NCBI GenBank assembly: GCA_963734465.1
Contig: CAVTHL010000014.1
Location: forward strand, 26,440 to 90,439
DNA from: an uncultured Alphaproteobacteria bacterium
GTDB lineage: Bacteria; Pseudomonadota; Alphaproteobacteria; Rhizobiales; Xanthobacteraceae
Length of the DNA stretch: 64,000 bases
Direction of reading: 5' to 3'
Shown: positions 1-11,210 of the stretch, piece by piece
How positions within the stretch are numbered: position 1 is the first letter of the stretch
Layout: every line of letters begins with the position of its first letter
Made by a program: the position numbers and the translations under genes
Notes under the pieces: model-generated
The model's input: only the letters and a program-made list of their open reading frames with translations
Databases searched by the model: none
What the model was told of the DNA's origin: nothing

Positions 1-1213
1 CCAGGCCGACGCCGTCGCCTCGCTCAATTCCTTTCAAGCCGTGGACTACGAGCGCTGGTTCGAGCCGATGCCAGGCGTGCGCGCGCGCTACTGGAACGCC
101 GGCCATCTGCTCGGCTCGGCCTCGATCGAAATCGAATTCGCCGGCGCCGGCAAAGACGGCAAGCCGCTGCGCGTGCTCGCCTCCGGCGACATCGGGCCCG
201 ACGCCAAGCTGCTCGAGCCCGATCCGGAGGCGCCGACCGGGCTCGACTATGTCATCTGCGAATCGACCTATGGCGACGAGGACCGCCCGCCGGTGACGCG
301 CGAATCCCGCCGCCAACATCTCGCAGAGGAAGTGCGCGCGGCGGCCAAGCGGGGCGGCGCATTGCTCATTCCGGCCTTCGCCGTCGAGCGCACGCAGGAG
401 CTCATCGTCGATCTGTCGACCTGATGGAGCGCGGCGATGTGCCATCCGCGCCGATCTTCCTCGATTCGCCGCTCGCCATCCGCGCCACGGAGGTGTTCCG
501 GCAACATAGCGAGAGCCTGCAATCCGATGTAAATGTCGACCGGCTGCTGCGCTCGCCGCATCTGCGCTGCACCGAGACGGTGGACGAAAGCAAGTCGATC
601 GCCCGGCTTACCGGCTTCCACATCATCATCGCCGCCAGCGGCATGTGCGACGCCGGCCGCATCCGCCATCATCTCAAGCGCTGGCTCTGGCACCGGCAAG
701 CGACCGTGCTGCTGGTCGGCTTCCAGGCGCAGGGGACGCTCGGGCGGTTCCTCGTCGATGGCGTGAAAGCCGTGCGCATTCAGGGCGAGCAGATCAACGT
801 GGCGGCTTGCATCCGCCGGCTCGACGAATATTCCGGCCATGCCGACGGGCCGGAGCTGGCGCGCTGGATCGCATCGCGCCGGCCGATCGAACGCGGCGTG
901 TTCCTGGTGCACGGCGAAGAGCCGGCGCTGAGCGGGCTTGCCGAACGCATCGCCGAGCGCACCGTTCCGGCGGCGAAAGTGTTCACGCCGCTGCTCGACG
1001 ACAGTTACGAGCTGACGACCGTGGCGCCGACGCCGATCGATGGCGTCGCGCCGCCGCCGGCTGGCGCCGGAGGCGGTCATCAATCTCGACTGGCATAACG
1101 ACATGTCGAAGCTGATCCTCGACATCAACGCGGCGGTCGATGCGGCCGCCGACGACCGCACCCGCGGCGTTATTATCCGGCGACTGAAACGGGCCCTGGA
1201 GGGGGAGCGATGA
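1..1213 (+). CDS. Metallo-beta-lactamase/beta-CASP RNA-processing hydrolase, 5'-truncated by the window edge, frameshifts near 420 and 1060
   Basis: Motifs AGHLLGS, SGDIG, ESTYG, PAFAVERTQE, SGHAD and LVHGE spread across ORFs 41..424 and 424..1098; TGA at 1211-1213. Confidence 0.85.
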
Positions 1214-1237
1214 GAGCGGGGCTCGACGCCGCCAGCG

Positions 1238-2122
1238 TCAGGTCTTTGCACGGCGGCGGCGCACTTCGTTGATGACGACGCTGTTGTCGAGGTCGGCTTC
1301 GCCGGCGCGCACGCAGGCCTCCAGCACGTCGGCATGCAATTCGAGCATCTTAAGCTGCTGGCCGCTGGCGGCTGCCTGCTCGAGCATGAGCCGGCAGTCC
1401 TTCAGCGTTTGCCGGGCGCGGCCTTCCGGCGAAAAATCGCCGCGCACCATTTTCGGGCCCTTGGTCTCCATCACCTGCGAATAGGAGGCCGAGCCGCGCG
1501 CCACCTCGAGAAAGGCGGCCGGGTCGAGCCCGAGGCGCTCAGCAAAGACCAGGCCTTCCGCGAGCGCCAGCCGGTTCAAGCCGAGGATCAGATTGACCGC
1601 GAGCTTGGCGCGCCCGCCGTCGCCGACTTTGCCGATATGGAAGCGGCGGGCGAACAGCGCGTCGAACACGTCGGTGACTTCGTCGGCGATGCCGGCGTCG
1701 CCGCCGATCAGCGCCACGCCGTCACCGCGCCGCACCTGATCGCTGGTGCCGGACACCGGCACGTCGAGATAACGGATGCCGCGCGGGATGACGCGGGCGG
1801 CGAGCGCCGCCACCTGGTCGGGATCGCAGGTGCTCATGCACAGCACGATTTTGCCCGAGCCCGGCCCAAGCGCCGGCAGCAGATGGTTTTCGATCACGTC
1901 TTCGACTTGCCCGGTGTCGAATACCGCGATGATGATGCAGCGCGCCGTCTTGGCCAGCGCCGCGATGCTGTCGGCGGGCATGCCGCCGATGTCCTTGAGC
2001 CGCGCGCGGCGCGCCGGGTCGATGTCGAAGCCGGTGACGGGAATGCCGGCATCGATCAGGCGCTTGGCATAGACCTCGCCCATCAAACCGAGACCGATAA
2101 TGGCGACGGGAGATGCGGTCAT
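1238..2122 (-). CDS. NAD(P)-dependent oxidoreductase, 3-hydroxyisobutyrate dehydrogenase family
   Basis: GLGLMG Rossmann motif, DVPVSG, KLAVN. Confidence 0.85.
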   Translation of the reverse strand: MTASPVAIIGLGLMGEVYAKRLIDAGIPVTGFDIDPARRARLKDIGGMPADSIAALAKTARCIIIAVFDTGQVEDVIENHLLPALGPGSGKIVLCMSTCDPDQVAALAARVIPRGIRYLDVPVSGTSDQVRRGDGVALIGGDAGIADEVTDVFDALFARRFHIGKVGDGGRAKLAVNLILGLNRLALAEGLVFAERLGLDPAAFLEVARGSASYSQVMETKGPKMVRGDFSPEGRARQTLKDCRLMLEQAAASGQQLKMLELHADVLEACVRAGEADLDNSVVINEVRRRRAKT

Positions 2123-2126
2123 CGCG

Positions 2127-4960
2127 TCAGCTTGCCGTCTTGTCCGACTTGGCGGCCTTGCCCTCGGCCTCGGTCGCGAACAAGCCGATCAGCGCGCGCT
2201 TGATGGCCGCCTGCCGCGTCGGCGAGGTGATCTGCGCGCCCATCAGGTCGGTGACGTAGAAGACGTCCACCACGCGCTCGCCGAAGGTGGCGACGTGCGC
2301 CGAGGCGATGTTGAGGTTGAGCTTGGACAGCGTCGCGGTCATCTCGATAGAGCAGGCCGGTGCGGTCGAGCCCGGTGATCTCCACCATGGTGTAGCGGTG
2401 GGACCACTGGTTGTTGATGGTGACGGTCGGCTCGAGCGCGAAGGCCTTGATGCGGCCCTTGGGCGCCGCGCGCTTGGCCACCACGTCGGGCAGCCGCAAT
2501 TCGCCGCGCAGCGCCTTCTCGATCGATTCCGCGATGCGCTTGGCGCGGCGTTCTTCGTCCTCGTCGCGCTCGAACTCGCGCGACAGCGAGATGGTGTCGA
2601 GCGCGCGGCCGTCCGTGGTGGTGTAGATCTGCGCGTCGACGATGTTGGAACCGGCCATGGCGCAGGCGCCGGCGATGATCGACAGCAGCCAGGGATGGTC
2701 CGGCGCCATCACAGTGAGCTCGGTGACGCCGCCGCTGTCGAAGCTGATCGCGGTCGCCAGGTTCTTGCCGGTTTCGTCAGCGGTGCGCAGGAATTTGGCG
2801 TGCTCGATCTTGTGCGGCAGGTCGACCTTGAGCCAATAGGCCGGATAATGCTTGGCGATATAGGCCTCGCGCTGTTCGGCCGGCCAGTCGGTCATAGCCT
2901 CGCGGAATTCGCGCTGCGCCTGCGCGACGCGCTGGGCGCGGTTCACCTCGGAGAAGCCGCCGGTGAGCACCGGCTCGGTCTCGAAATACAGCGTGCGGAT
3001 CAACTGCGCCTTCCAGCCGTTCCAAACGCCGGGGCCGACCGCCTTGATGTCGGCGGTGGTGAGGATGGTGAGCAGCTTGAGCTGCTCCACCGACTGCGCC
3101 ACCGCGGCGAAATTCTCGATTGTCTTGCGGTCGGATAGATCGCGCGACTGCGCCACGCTCGACATCACCAGGTGGATGGAGATCAGCCACGACACCAGCT
3201 CGGTTTCGGCCGCCGAGAAGCCGATCCGCGGGCAGAAGCGCTTGGCCACGCGCGCGCCGGCGACCGAATGGTCTTCCGGCCGGCCTTTGGCGATGTCGTG
3301 CAGGAACAGCGCGACGTAAAGCACCTTGCGGTGCTCGGGCAGGATCTTGTGCATCAGTTCGTTGGCGAGCGGACTGTCCTTGCTCACGCCTTCCTCGATC
3401 TCGCGCAGGATGCCGATGCAGCGCAACAGGTGCTCGTCCACCGTGTAGTGATGGTACATGTTGAACTGCATCATCGACACGATCTTGCCGAAGGCCGGCA
3501 CGAAGCGGCCGAGTACGCCGGCCTCGTTCATGCGCCGCAACACGGTTTCCGGGTCGTTCTGCGAGGTGAGGATGGTGAGGAAAAGCTTGTTGGCTTCCTC
3601 GTTGTCGCGCAGCTTGGCGTCGATCAGCTTGAGCGAGCGCGTAATCGCGCGCAGCGCGTCGGGATGGAAGGCCAGGTTGTTCTTCTGCGCCAGATGGAAA
3701 ATGCGGATCAGATTGACCGGATCGCGCTTGAATACGCCGGCATTGGCGACGGTGATGCGGTTCTTGTCGACGTTGAAATCTTCGCTGCCGGCGAGCCGCA
3801 CGCGCTTGACTGGGCGGAAGCGCGCCATCACGCGGCTCAACACCGGCACGCTCTTGGCGTGGCTGTCTTCCAGCTCCGCGCACAAAATGGCGGTGAGATC
3901 GCCGACGTCCTTGGCGATCAGGAAGTAGTGCTTCATGAAGCGCTCGACGTCCTTCATGCCGGGGTGCTCGGTGTAGCCGAGCCGCACCGCGATCTCGCGC
4001 TGGATGTCGAAGGACAGCCGTTCCTCGGCGCGGCCGGTGACGAAATGCATGTGGCAGCGCACCGACCAGAGGAAATCCTCGCAGCGGCGGAACAGCTGGT
4101 ATTCGTGCTTGTCGAACACGCCCTGCTTGATCAACTCGTCCGGCTCGCGCACGCGGTAAACATATTTCGCGATCCAGAATAATGTATGCAGGTCGCGCAA
4201 GCCGCCTTTGCCGTCCTTGACGTTCGGCTCGACCAGATAGCGCGACTGGCCGGCGCGGCGGTGGCGCTCCTCGCGTTCGGCGAGCTTGGCGGCGACGAAT
4301 TCCTGCGCGGTGTTGCGCACAACTTCCTTGTCGAAGCGCGTCGACCAGCTCGTCGAACAGCGTCTTGTCGCCGAGCAGAAATCTCGCCTCGAGAATGGCG
4401 GTGCGGATGGTCATGTCCGCCTTGGCCTGGCGGATGCACTCGTCGACCGAGCGGGTGGCGTGGCCGACTTTCAGGCCGGTGTCCCACAGGCAGTAGAGAA
4501 TGCTTTCGGCGATCTGCTCGCCCCAGGCGGTCTGCTTGTAGGGCAGCACGAACAAGAGATCGATGTCGGAGCCGGGCGCCTGCAGCCCGCGGCCGTAGCC
4601 GCCGGTGGCGATCACCGCCATGCGCTCGGCCTCGGACGGGTTCTGCGACGGGTAGAGATGCTTGCGCGCGAAGTCGAACAGGATGCGGATGATCTCGTCT
4701 TCCATCCGGCACAGCCGCTCGGCGCAGCGGCGGCCGTGGCGGTCCTTCAGCAGCAGTTGCTCGGCCTTGGCGCGGCCCTCGATCAGCGCGCGCTTGAGCC
4801 GCTGCGCCACGGCCGAGCGCAGTTCGCGCTCGTTGCCGCCTTGGGTCTGCGCGAGCTTCTCGAGCTCGGCAGTGATGGTGCGCGCATCGATCAAGTCGCC
4901 CGAAGCGCGGGTCGGTGGCTCGGGGGCGCGCGTGCTGGTTTCAACGGCGAGGGAATTCAT
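2127..4960 (-). CDS. glnD: [Protein-PII] uridylyltransferase GlnD, frameshifts near 4340 and 2345
   Basis: GGYGRG/SDIDLL nucleotidyltransferase motifs, [30 protein letters not shown] (HD domain), two C-terminal ACT domains. Confidence 0.95.
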
Positions 4961-5101
4961 GTGGCCATCGGGATAGCGGAGGCGCGGCGCTAAGTCACCG
5001 CGTGACGCTGGATAACGTGCGAGGAAAACTGCCGCGCTGCCGGCTGGTAGCTTTTAGAATATTATCTCGAAAATGGCCTCAAAAAAGATAATAACATTCG
5101 T

Positions 5102-5132
5102 TTGACCCTTATTTTTCAAGGTCTTATAGAAT
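5102..5132 (+). promoter_or_regulatory. Putative sigma70 promoter
   Basis: TTGACC (5102-5107), 17-nt spacer, TATAGA (5125-5130) in an AT-rich intergenic region; predicted start site falls at the 5' end of the riboswitch. Confidence 0.6.
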
Positions 5133-5138
5133 AACTCT

Positions 5139-5189
5139 AGCGCCGATTTGAAGACGCAGATTGCGGGCGCTTAACAAATGCAGCTAAAG
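5139..5189 (+). ncRNA. SAM-II (SAM-alpha-like) riboswitch aptamer
   Basis: P1 AGCGCC(5139-5144)/GGCGCT(5166-5171), GATTTG, TTGC(5161-5164), AAAT-GCAG-CTAAAG 3' tail: the conserved SAM-II pseudoknot layout, upstream of a sulfur-uptake operon. Confidence 0.8.
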
Positions 5190-5278
5190 CGCGGGGCAAG
5201 TGTGCATCCCCTCGCGAGCTGATTGAGCCCCAGCGGCACGCCACGCGCGTGTCAGCCAATGCGAGAGGAAAAAGTGTC

Positions 5279-6256
5279 ATGAAAATTCTGTCGCGCCGCG
5301 CCATTCTGGCGTCGGCTTTGCTGGTTGGCCTGTTGCCGACCAACGCGCTGTTCGCCGCCGAGCAACCGAAAGAGCTGCGCATCGACTGGGCGACCTACAA
5401 CCCGGTGTCGATGCTGCTCAAGGACAAAGGCTGGCTCGAGCAGGAGTTCGCCAAGGACGGCATCAAGATCGTCTGGGTGCAGACGCTCGGCTCCAACAAG
5501 GCGCTCGAGTTTCTGAACGCAAGCTCGATCGATTTCGGCTCGACCGCCGGCTCCGCCGCGCTGCTGGCCAAGATCAACGGCAATCCGATCAAGTCGATCT
5601 ATGTCTATTCGAAGCCGGAATGGACCGCGCTGGTCACGCGCAAGGATACCAACATCAAGACCGTCGCCGATCTGAAGGGCAAGCGCGTGGCGGTGACGCG
5701 CGGCACCGATCCGCACATCTTCCTGGTGCGCGCCTTGCAGAAGGCGGGCTTGAGCGAGAAGGACATCACGCCGGTGCTGCTGCAGCATCCCGACGGCGCC
5801 ACCGCGCTGATCCGCGGCGACGTCGACGCCTGGGCAGGCCTCGATCCGATGATGGCGCAAGCCGAATTGCGCGACGGCGCGCGCCTGTTCTATCGCGACG
5901 CCGACGCCAACACCTACGGCATCCTCAACGTGCGCGAGGATTTCGCCAAGGAGCATCCCGATCTGGTGAAGCGCGTGCTCACCGTTTACGAGAACGCGCG
6001 CAAATACTCGCTCGCGCATCCCGATGAGTTGGAAAAGAGCTTCATCGCCGCCACCAAGCTGCCGAAGGACGTGGTGGAGAAGCAGCTGCGCGAACGCACC
6101 GATCTGTCGAACGGCAAGATCGGCAAGGCGCAGCGCGACAGCATTCTCGCCGCCGGGCTCGCGCTGCAGCAGGCGGGTGTCATCAAGACTGACGTCAATG
6201 TGAAGCAGGTGCTCGACGAACTGGTGGACGACCGTTTCGTCGCGGCGGGCAGTTGA
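5279..6256 (+). CDS. ssuA: Aliphatic sulfonate ABC transporter substrate-binding protein
   Basis: Signal peptide, RIDWATYNP, GSNKALEFL, DAWAGLDP; operon with permease and ATPase. Confidence 0.85.
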   Translation: MKILSRRAILASALLVGLLPTNALFAAEQPKELRIDWATYNPVSMLLKDKGWLEQEFAKDGIKIVWVQTLGSNKALEFLNASSIDFGSTAGSAALLAKINGNPIKSIYVYSKPEWTALVTRKDTNIKTVADLKGKRVAVTRGTDPHIFLVRALQKAGLSEKDITPVLLQHPDGATALIRGDVDAWAGLDPMMAQAELRDGARLFYRDADANTYGILNVREDFAKEHPDLVKRVLTVYENARKYSLAHPDELEKSFIAATKLPKDVVEKQLRERTDLSNGKIGKAQRDSILAAGLALQQAGVIKTDVNVKQVLDELVDDRFVAAGS

Positions 6257-6276
6257 GCGCCCGCGCTTTGTGACCA

Positions 6277-7126
6277 ATGTCCGTTGTGCCAGTGAGTATC
6301 GCGGATGAACCCGCGCCGGCGGCGAGCGAGACGCGCAAGCCTCGTGCTTGTGCGTTTCGCGCGGCCGGCGTTCGGGCTCTTCCTGCCGCTGCTGTTGGCG
6401 CTCGGTTGGGAATTCGCCGTGCGCGCCGGCCTGTCCAACGGGCGGCTGGTGCCGCCGCCGTCGGTCATCTACGCGGAATTTGCCGAGCTTGCGCGCTCCG
6501 GCGAGTTGCTGCGCCACGTCATCGCGACGCTTCTGCGTGTTGCCGTCGGCTTTGGCCTCGGCACCGTCGCCGGCACATTGCTGGGCGCGATCGCCGGCTA
6601 TTCGACCTTGGTGCGCCGGCTGATCGATCCGAGCCTGCAAGGCCTGCGCGCGGTGCCGTCGATCGCCTGGATTCCCTTGTTCATCCTGTGGCTCGGAATC
6701 TTCGAGACGTCCAAAGTGGTCCTGATCGCCGTCGGCGTGTTTTTTCCGGTCTATCTCGGCGTGATGGGCGCGGTCATTTCGGTCGACCGCAAGATCGTCG
6801 AGGTCGGCCGCGCCTTCCGTCTCAGCGGACCGCAGATGGTGCGCCGGATCCTGCTGCCGGCCGTGCTGCCCGCCTACGTGATCGCGCTGCGCTCGGGGCT
6901 CGGGCTCGGCTGGATGTTCGTGATCGCGGCCGAGTTCATGGGAGCATCCGAGGGCCTGGGCTATCTGCTCATCGACGGCCAGCAACTCGGCAAGCCGGCG
7001 GAAATCGTCGCCGCCATCGTCGCCTTCGCGGTGCTCGGCAAATTGACCGACTGGCTGATCGTCGGCATCAGCGCGCCGTTCCTGCGCTGGGAAGACCGCG
7101 TCCACGCCGCCGGCGGGGAGGCCTGA
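6277..7126 (+). CDS. ssuC: Sulfonate ABC transporter permease (probable 5' frameshift)
   Basis: [21 protein letters not shown] (EAA loop), [12 protein letters not shown]. Confidence 0.85.
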
Positions 7127-7129
7127 CGC

Positions 7130-7909
7130 ATGCTCGCGCTCGAAGGCGTCGGCAAAACCTACCGCAACGGCGTGCGCGCGCTCGACGGCGTGAGCTTCGC
7201 CGTCAAGCCGGGCGAGATCCTCGCCATCGTCGGCGGCTCCGGCTGCGGCAAATCCACCTTGCTGCGCGCGATCTCCGGGCTCGATACGCCGTCGCGCGGG
7301 CGCGTGCTGCTCGACGGCGAGCAGGTCCAGCGCCGCACGAGCAGATCGGCATCGTGTTCCAGGAGCCGCGCCTGCTGCCCTGGCTGACGGTCGCCGACAA
7401 TGTCGGCTTCGGTCTGGAGCATCGGCCGCGCGCCGAACGCCGCGCGCGCGTCGCGCAGGCGCTGGCGCGCGTCGGCCTCGCCGACAAGGCCGCGGTGTGG
7501 CCGCGCGAATTGTCGGGCGGGCAGGCGCAGCGCGTGGCGCTCGCGCGCGCGCTGGTGCCGCGCCCGGAAGTTCTTCTTCTCGATGAGCCGTTTTCCGCGC
7601 TCGACGCCTTCACGCGCATCGACCTGCAGGATCATCTGCTCGACCTGTGGGCGGATACGCGGCCGACCCTGATCCTGGTGACGCACGACGTCGAGGAGGC
7701 GGTCGTGCTGGCCGACCGCATTCTGGTGATGCGCTCGCGCCCCGGCCACATCGGCGACGAGATCGCGGCCGACTCTGCCGCGCCCGCGCGACCGCCAGTC
7801 GGCGGCCTTCGATGCCGTCAAGCGGCGCGTGCTGGCGGCGCTCGACCGCTCGCACACGCGTCCCCCGCAGCGGGACGAGGCGCCGGCCGGGGCCGCGCTC
7901 TGGTGGTGA
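7130..7909 (+). CDS. ssuB: Sulfonate/nitrate ABC transporter ATPase, frameshifts near 7330 and 7775
   Basis: [40 protein letters not shown]. Confidence 0.85.
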
Positions 7910-7960
7910 AAACGGGTCTGTGCTTATTTGCCCGCACTAAAAAAAGCGGGAGGAGTTTCC

Positions 7961-9020
7961 ATGCGCATGTTCCAGGTCTGCGTCTGCGGCCAGCCCTTGC
8001 AGTGCAATGAGGGGCCGACGCCGGAGCCGAAAGGCAGCGAAATCCTGCTCAAGGTGCTGGCGGCCGGCGTCTGCCACAGCGACCTGCATCTCGCCGACGG
8101 CTATTTCGATCTGGGCGGCGGCAAGAAGATGAGCCTGGCCGACCGCGGCATGGTGCTGCCGGTGACGCTCGGCCATGAGAATGTCGGCGAGGTGGTGGCG
8201 GTCGGGCCGGACGCCAAGGGCGTCAAGATCGGCGCCAAGCTGCTTGGCCGATCCATGGATCGGCTGCGGCGTTTGCGAGGTGTGCAAGCGCGGCGAGGAA
8301 AATCTCTGCCGCGCCATGAAGAGCGCCGGCGTGTTCTCCAATGGCGGCTATGCCGATTATCTGATCGTGCCGCACCCGCGCTATCTGTTCGAGATCGGCG
8401 ATCTGGCGCCCGCGCGCGCGGCGCCGCTCGCCTGTTCCGGCATCACCACGTTCAGCGCCTTGAAGAAGGTGCCGACGATCAAGTCGGAGCCGACGGTGAT
8501 CATCGGCGCCGGCGGGCTCGGGCTGATGTGCCTCGGCCTGCACCAGAAGATGGGCGGCCATTCGGCCATCGTGGTCGACATCGATCCGGTCAAGCGCGAG
8601 GCCGCGAAGAAAGCGGGCGCGGCGCATGTCGTCGACGGCCGCGCGCCCGATGCCGCGCAGCAGATCATGAAGCTGACCAAAGACGGCGCCGGCGCCTGGG
8701 CGGTGATCGATCTGGTCGGCTCGTCGGCGAGCGCGCGCGTCGGCTTCGACAGTCTGATCAAGGGCGGCAAATACATCATCGTCGGCCTCTACGGCGGCGA
8801 CATCACGGTGTCGCTGCCGCCGATCGCGATGCGCGCGCTGACCATCCAGGGCTCCTATCTCGGCAGCATCCCGGAGATGGCCGAGCTGATGGAGCTGGTG
8901 CGCCGCAAGGGATTGCCGGACGTGCCGGTGACCACGCGGCCGCTCGATGAAGTCAACGCGGCGCACAACGAGTTGCGCGCCGGCAAGATCGTCGGCCGCG
9001 TGGTGCTGACGCCCGCGTAA
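7961..9020 (+). CDS. Zn-dependent alcohol dehydrogenase, frameshift near 8245
   Basis: GVCHSD, GHE, CGVCEVC...C structural Zn site, GAGGLG; RBS AGGAG. Confidence 0.9.
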
Positions 9021-9036
9021 ATCAAGGAGTGTGGTC

Positions 9037-9547
9037 ATGGACGGCAATGAATTGCGCGCGATGCAGGCGCCGATCAAGGAAAAATACAAGAACGATCCGA
9101 AGGCCGGCGATGATCACGCTCAAGGCCAAGGGCACGCTCGACGACAGCAACATCGCCTGCAAGGTGGAAACCGGCCGCGCACTGGCGGTTGCCGGGCTGC
9201 ATCCGGCGACCGGCGGCTCCGGCCTCGAACTGTGCTCGGGCGACATGCTGCTGGAGGCGCTGGTCGCCTGCGCCGGCGTCACGGTGAAGGCGGTGGCGAC
9301 CGCGCTCGATATTCCGCTGCGCAGCGGCAAGGTGTCGGCGGAAGGCGATCTCGATTTCCGCGGCACGCTCGGCGTCGCCAAGGATGCGCCGGTCGGCTTC
9401 GCGCAGATCCGCCTGCGCTTCGATCTCGACACCGACGCAGCCCAGGACAAGCTCGACCAATTGCTCAAGCTCACCGAGCGCTATTGCGTGGTGTATCAGA
9501 CCATCAAGGCCGGTCCGCCGGTCGAGGTGAAGCTGGCGCGGGCTTAG
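9037..9547 (+). CDS. OsmC-family protein, frameshift near 9105
   Basis: LEALVACAG ... TERYCVVYQT two-cysteine OsmC pattern. Confidence 0.85.
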
Positions 9548-9614
9548 GCGACGGCCTGCCATGCGTTGAAGCTGTTTGCGCGGCGCGCGGCGAAAGGTAT
9601 GGTCGCCCGCGCAA

Positions 9615-10415
9615 ATGCCGCCCGACCTCTATTTCGCCCTCACCCTCATCGTGAAAATGGCCGTCACCGCCGGCTTCGTGGTGGCGGCGACGGTGACCGC
9701 CGAGCGCGCCGGCCCCGTGGTCGGCGGGCTGGTGGCGACGCTGCCGATCGGCGCCGGCCCGGTCTACGTCTTCCTCGCCATGGATCACGACGCGCATTTC
9801 ATCGCGCAAAGCGCGGTGGCGAGCCTGGCGATCAATGCGGCGAACGCGACCTTGGCGGTGGTGTATGCCTTGCTCGCGCAGAAGCGTTCGCTGGCGGCGA
9901 GCCTGTCGGGCGCCATGCTGGTCTGGCTTTTGGTCGTGCTCGGGCTGCATGCCATCGCGTGGAACTTCGTGTCGGCCGCGGTTATGAATGCGGCGGCGCT
10001 TGGTGTCTGCGTATGGCTGATGCGGTCGCTGCGCCACGTGCGCATGCCGGCGTTTCACGCGCGCTGGAACGACTTTCTGTTGCGCGCCGTCATGGTCGCC
10101 GTGCTGGTCGGCATTGTGGTGACGTTCAGCTTCCAGCTCGGCGCGGCCGGCAGCGGCTTCCTCGCGGTGTTTCCGGTGGTGCTGACCAGCATCGCGCTGG
10201 TGATGCATCCGCGCGTCGGCGGCAAGGCATCGGCCGCTGTGCTGGCCAATGCGCCGATCGGCCTGGTCGGTTTCGGCTTTGCCTGTTCGGTGCTGCATTT
10301 CACCGCCGAGCGGTTCGGCAATCCGGGCGGGCTTGCGCTCGCGCTCTTGACCTCGCTCGCGTGGAGCCTGCTGATGATGCTGGCGCACCGCCCGCCCGCC
10401 GCCGAGCTGACCTAG
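9615..10415 (+). CDS. Uncharacterised polytopic membrane protein (paralogue 1)
   Basis: About 9-10 hydrophobic segments; ERAGPVVGGLVATLP. Confidence 0.75.
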   Translation: MPPDLYFALTLIVKMAVTAGFVVAATVTAERAGPVVGGLVATLPIGAGPVYVFLAMDHDAHFIAQSAVASLAINAANATLAVVYALLAQKRSLAASLSGAMLVWLLVVLGLHAIAWNFVSAAVMNAAALGVCVWLMRSLRHVRMPAFHARWNDFLLRAVMVAVLVGIVVTFSFQLGAAGSGFLAVFPVVLTSIALVMHPRVGGKASAAVLANAPIGLVGFGFACSVLHFTAERFGNPGGLALALLTSLAWSLLMMLAHRPPAAELT

Positions 10416-11210
10416 ATGTTCATCGCCGGCCTGTTGCTGAAGATCGCCATGACCGCGGGCATCGTGGTGGCGGCTTCCGTCGTGGTCGAGCGCTCAGGGC
10501 CGTTCATCGGCGCGTTGATCGCCTCGCTGCCGACGGCGGGCGGCGCGGCGCTCATTATTCTTGCCTGGGAGCATCCGCCGCAATTCATCGCCGACAGCGC
10601 CATCGGCAGCCTGGTGGCGAACGCGGCCTGCGCGCTGTTCGCGCTCACTTACGCCGCGCTGGCGCAGCGCCGCTCACTGCCGCTGAGCCTCGGCGGCGCG
10701 TTTCTGGTCTGGCTCGGCGCCGTGTTCCTGGCACGGCTGTTCGACTGGAGCGCGACCGGCGCGGTTCTGCTCAACGCGGTGATCTATCCCATCGCGATCT
10801 ATGCCGGCTCGCGCTTCCGCGTCACCGGCGCGATCAAGCGGGTGAGCCTGTCGGCGCGCGATCTCGCCTGGCGCGCCGGCGTCGTGACGCTGTGCGTGAT
10901 CGTGGTGACGGCGGCGAGCAGCTCGATCGGCTCCTATTTCTCAGGCGTGTTCGCGTTCTTCCCGGTCGCCATGGGCTCTTTCTTCATCATCCTGCAGCCG
11001 CGCATCGGCGGGCCGGCGGCGGCGAGCGTCGCAGCGCACGTGCAGGCGCCGCTGATCGGGCTCGGCTTGAGCCTGCTGACCGTCCATCTGCTGGCGGTGC
11101 CGCTCGGCGTGTGGTGGTCTTATTTGATCGGGCTGAGCGTCGGCATCGGCTGGAACGTGCTGCTGTGGCTGGCGCGCCAGCGGCGCACGCGGTTATTGCA
11201 GCAGCCCTAG
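10416..11210 (+). CDS. Uncharacterised polytopic membrane protein (paralogue 2)
   Basis: ERSGPFIGALIASLP aligns with the upstream gene; starts immediately after its stop. Confidence 0.75.
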   Translation: MFIAGLLLKIAMTAGIVVAASVVVERSGPFIGALIASLPTAGGAALIILAWEHPPQFIADSAIGSLVANAACALFALTYAALAQRRSLPLSLGGAFLVWLGAVFLARLFDWSATGAVLLNAVIYPIAIYAGSRFRVTGAIKRVSLSARDLAWRAGVVTLCVIVVTAASSSIGSYFSGVFAFFPVAMGSFFIILQPRIGGPAAASVAAHVQAPLIGLGLSLLTVHLLAVPLGVWWSYLIGLSVGIGWNVLLWLARQRRTRLLQQP

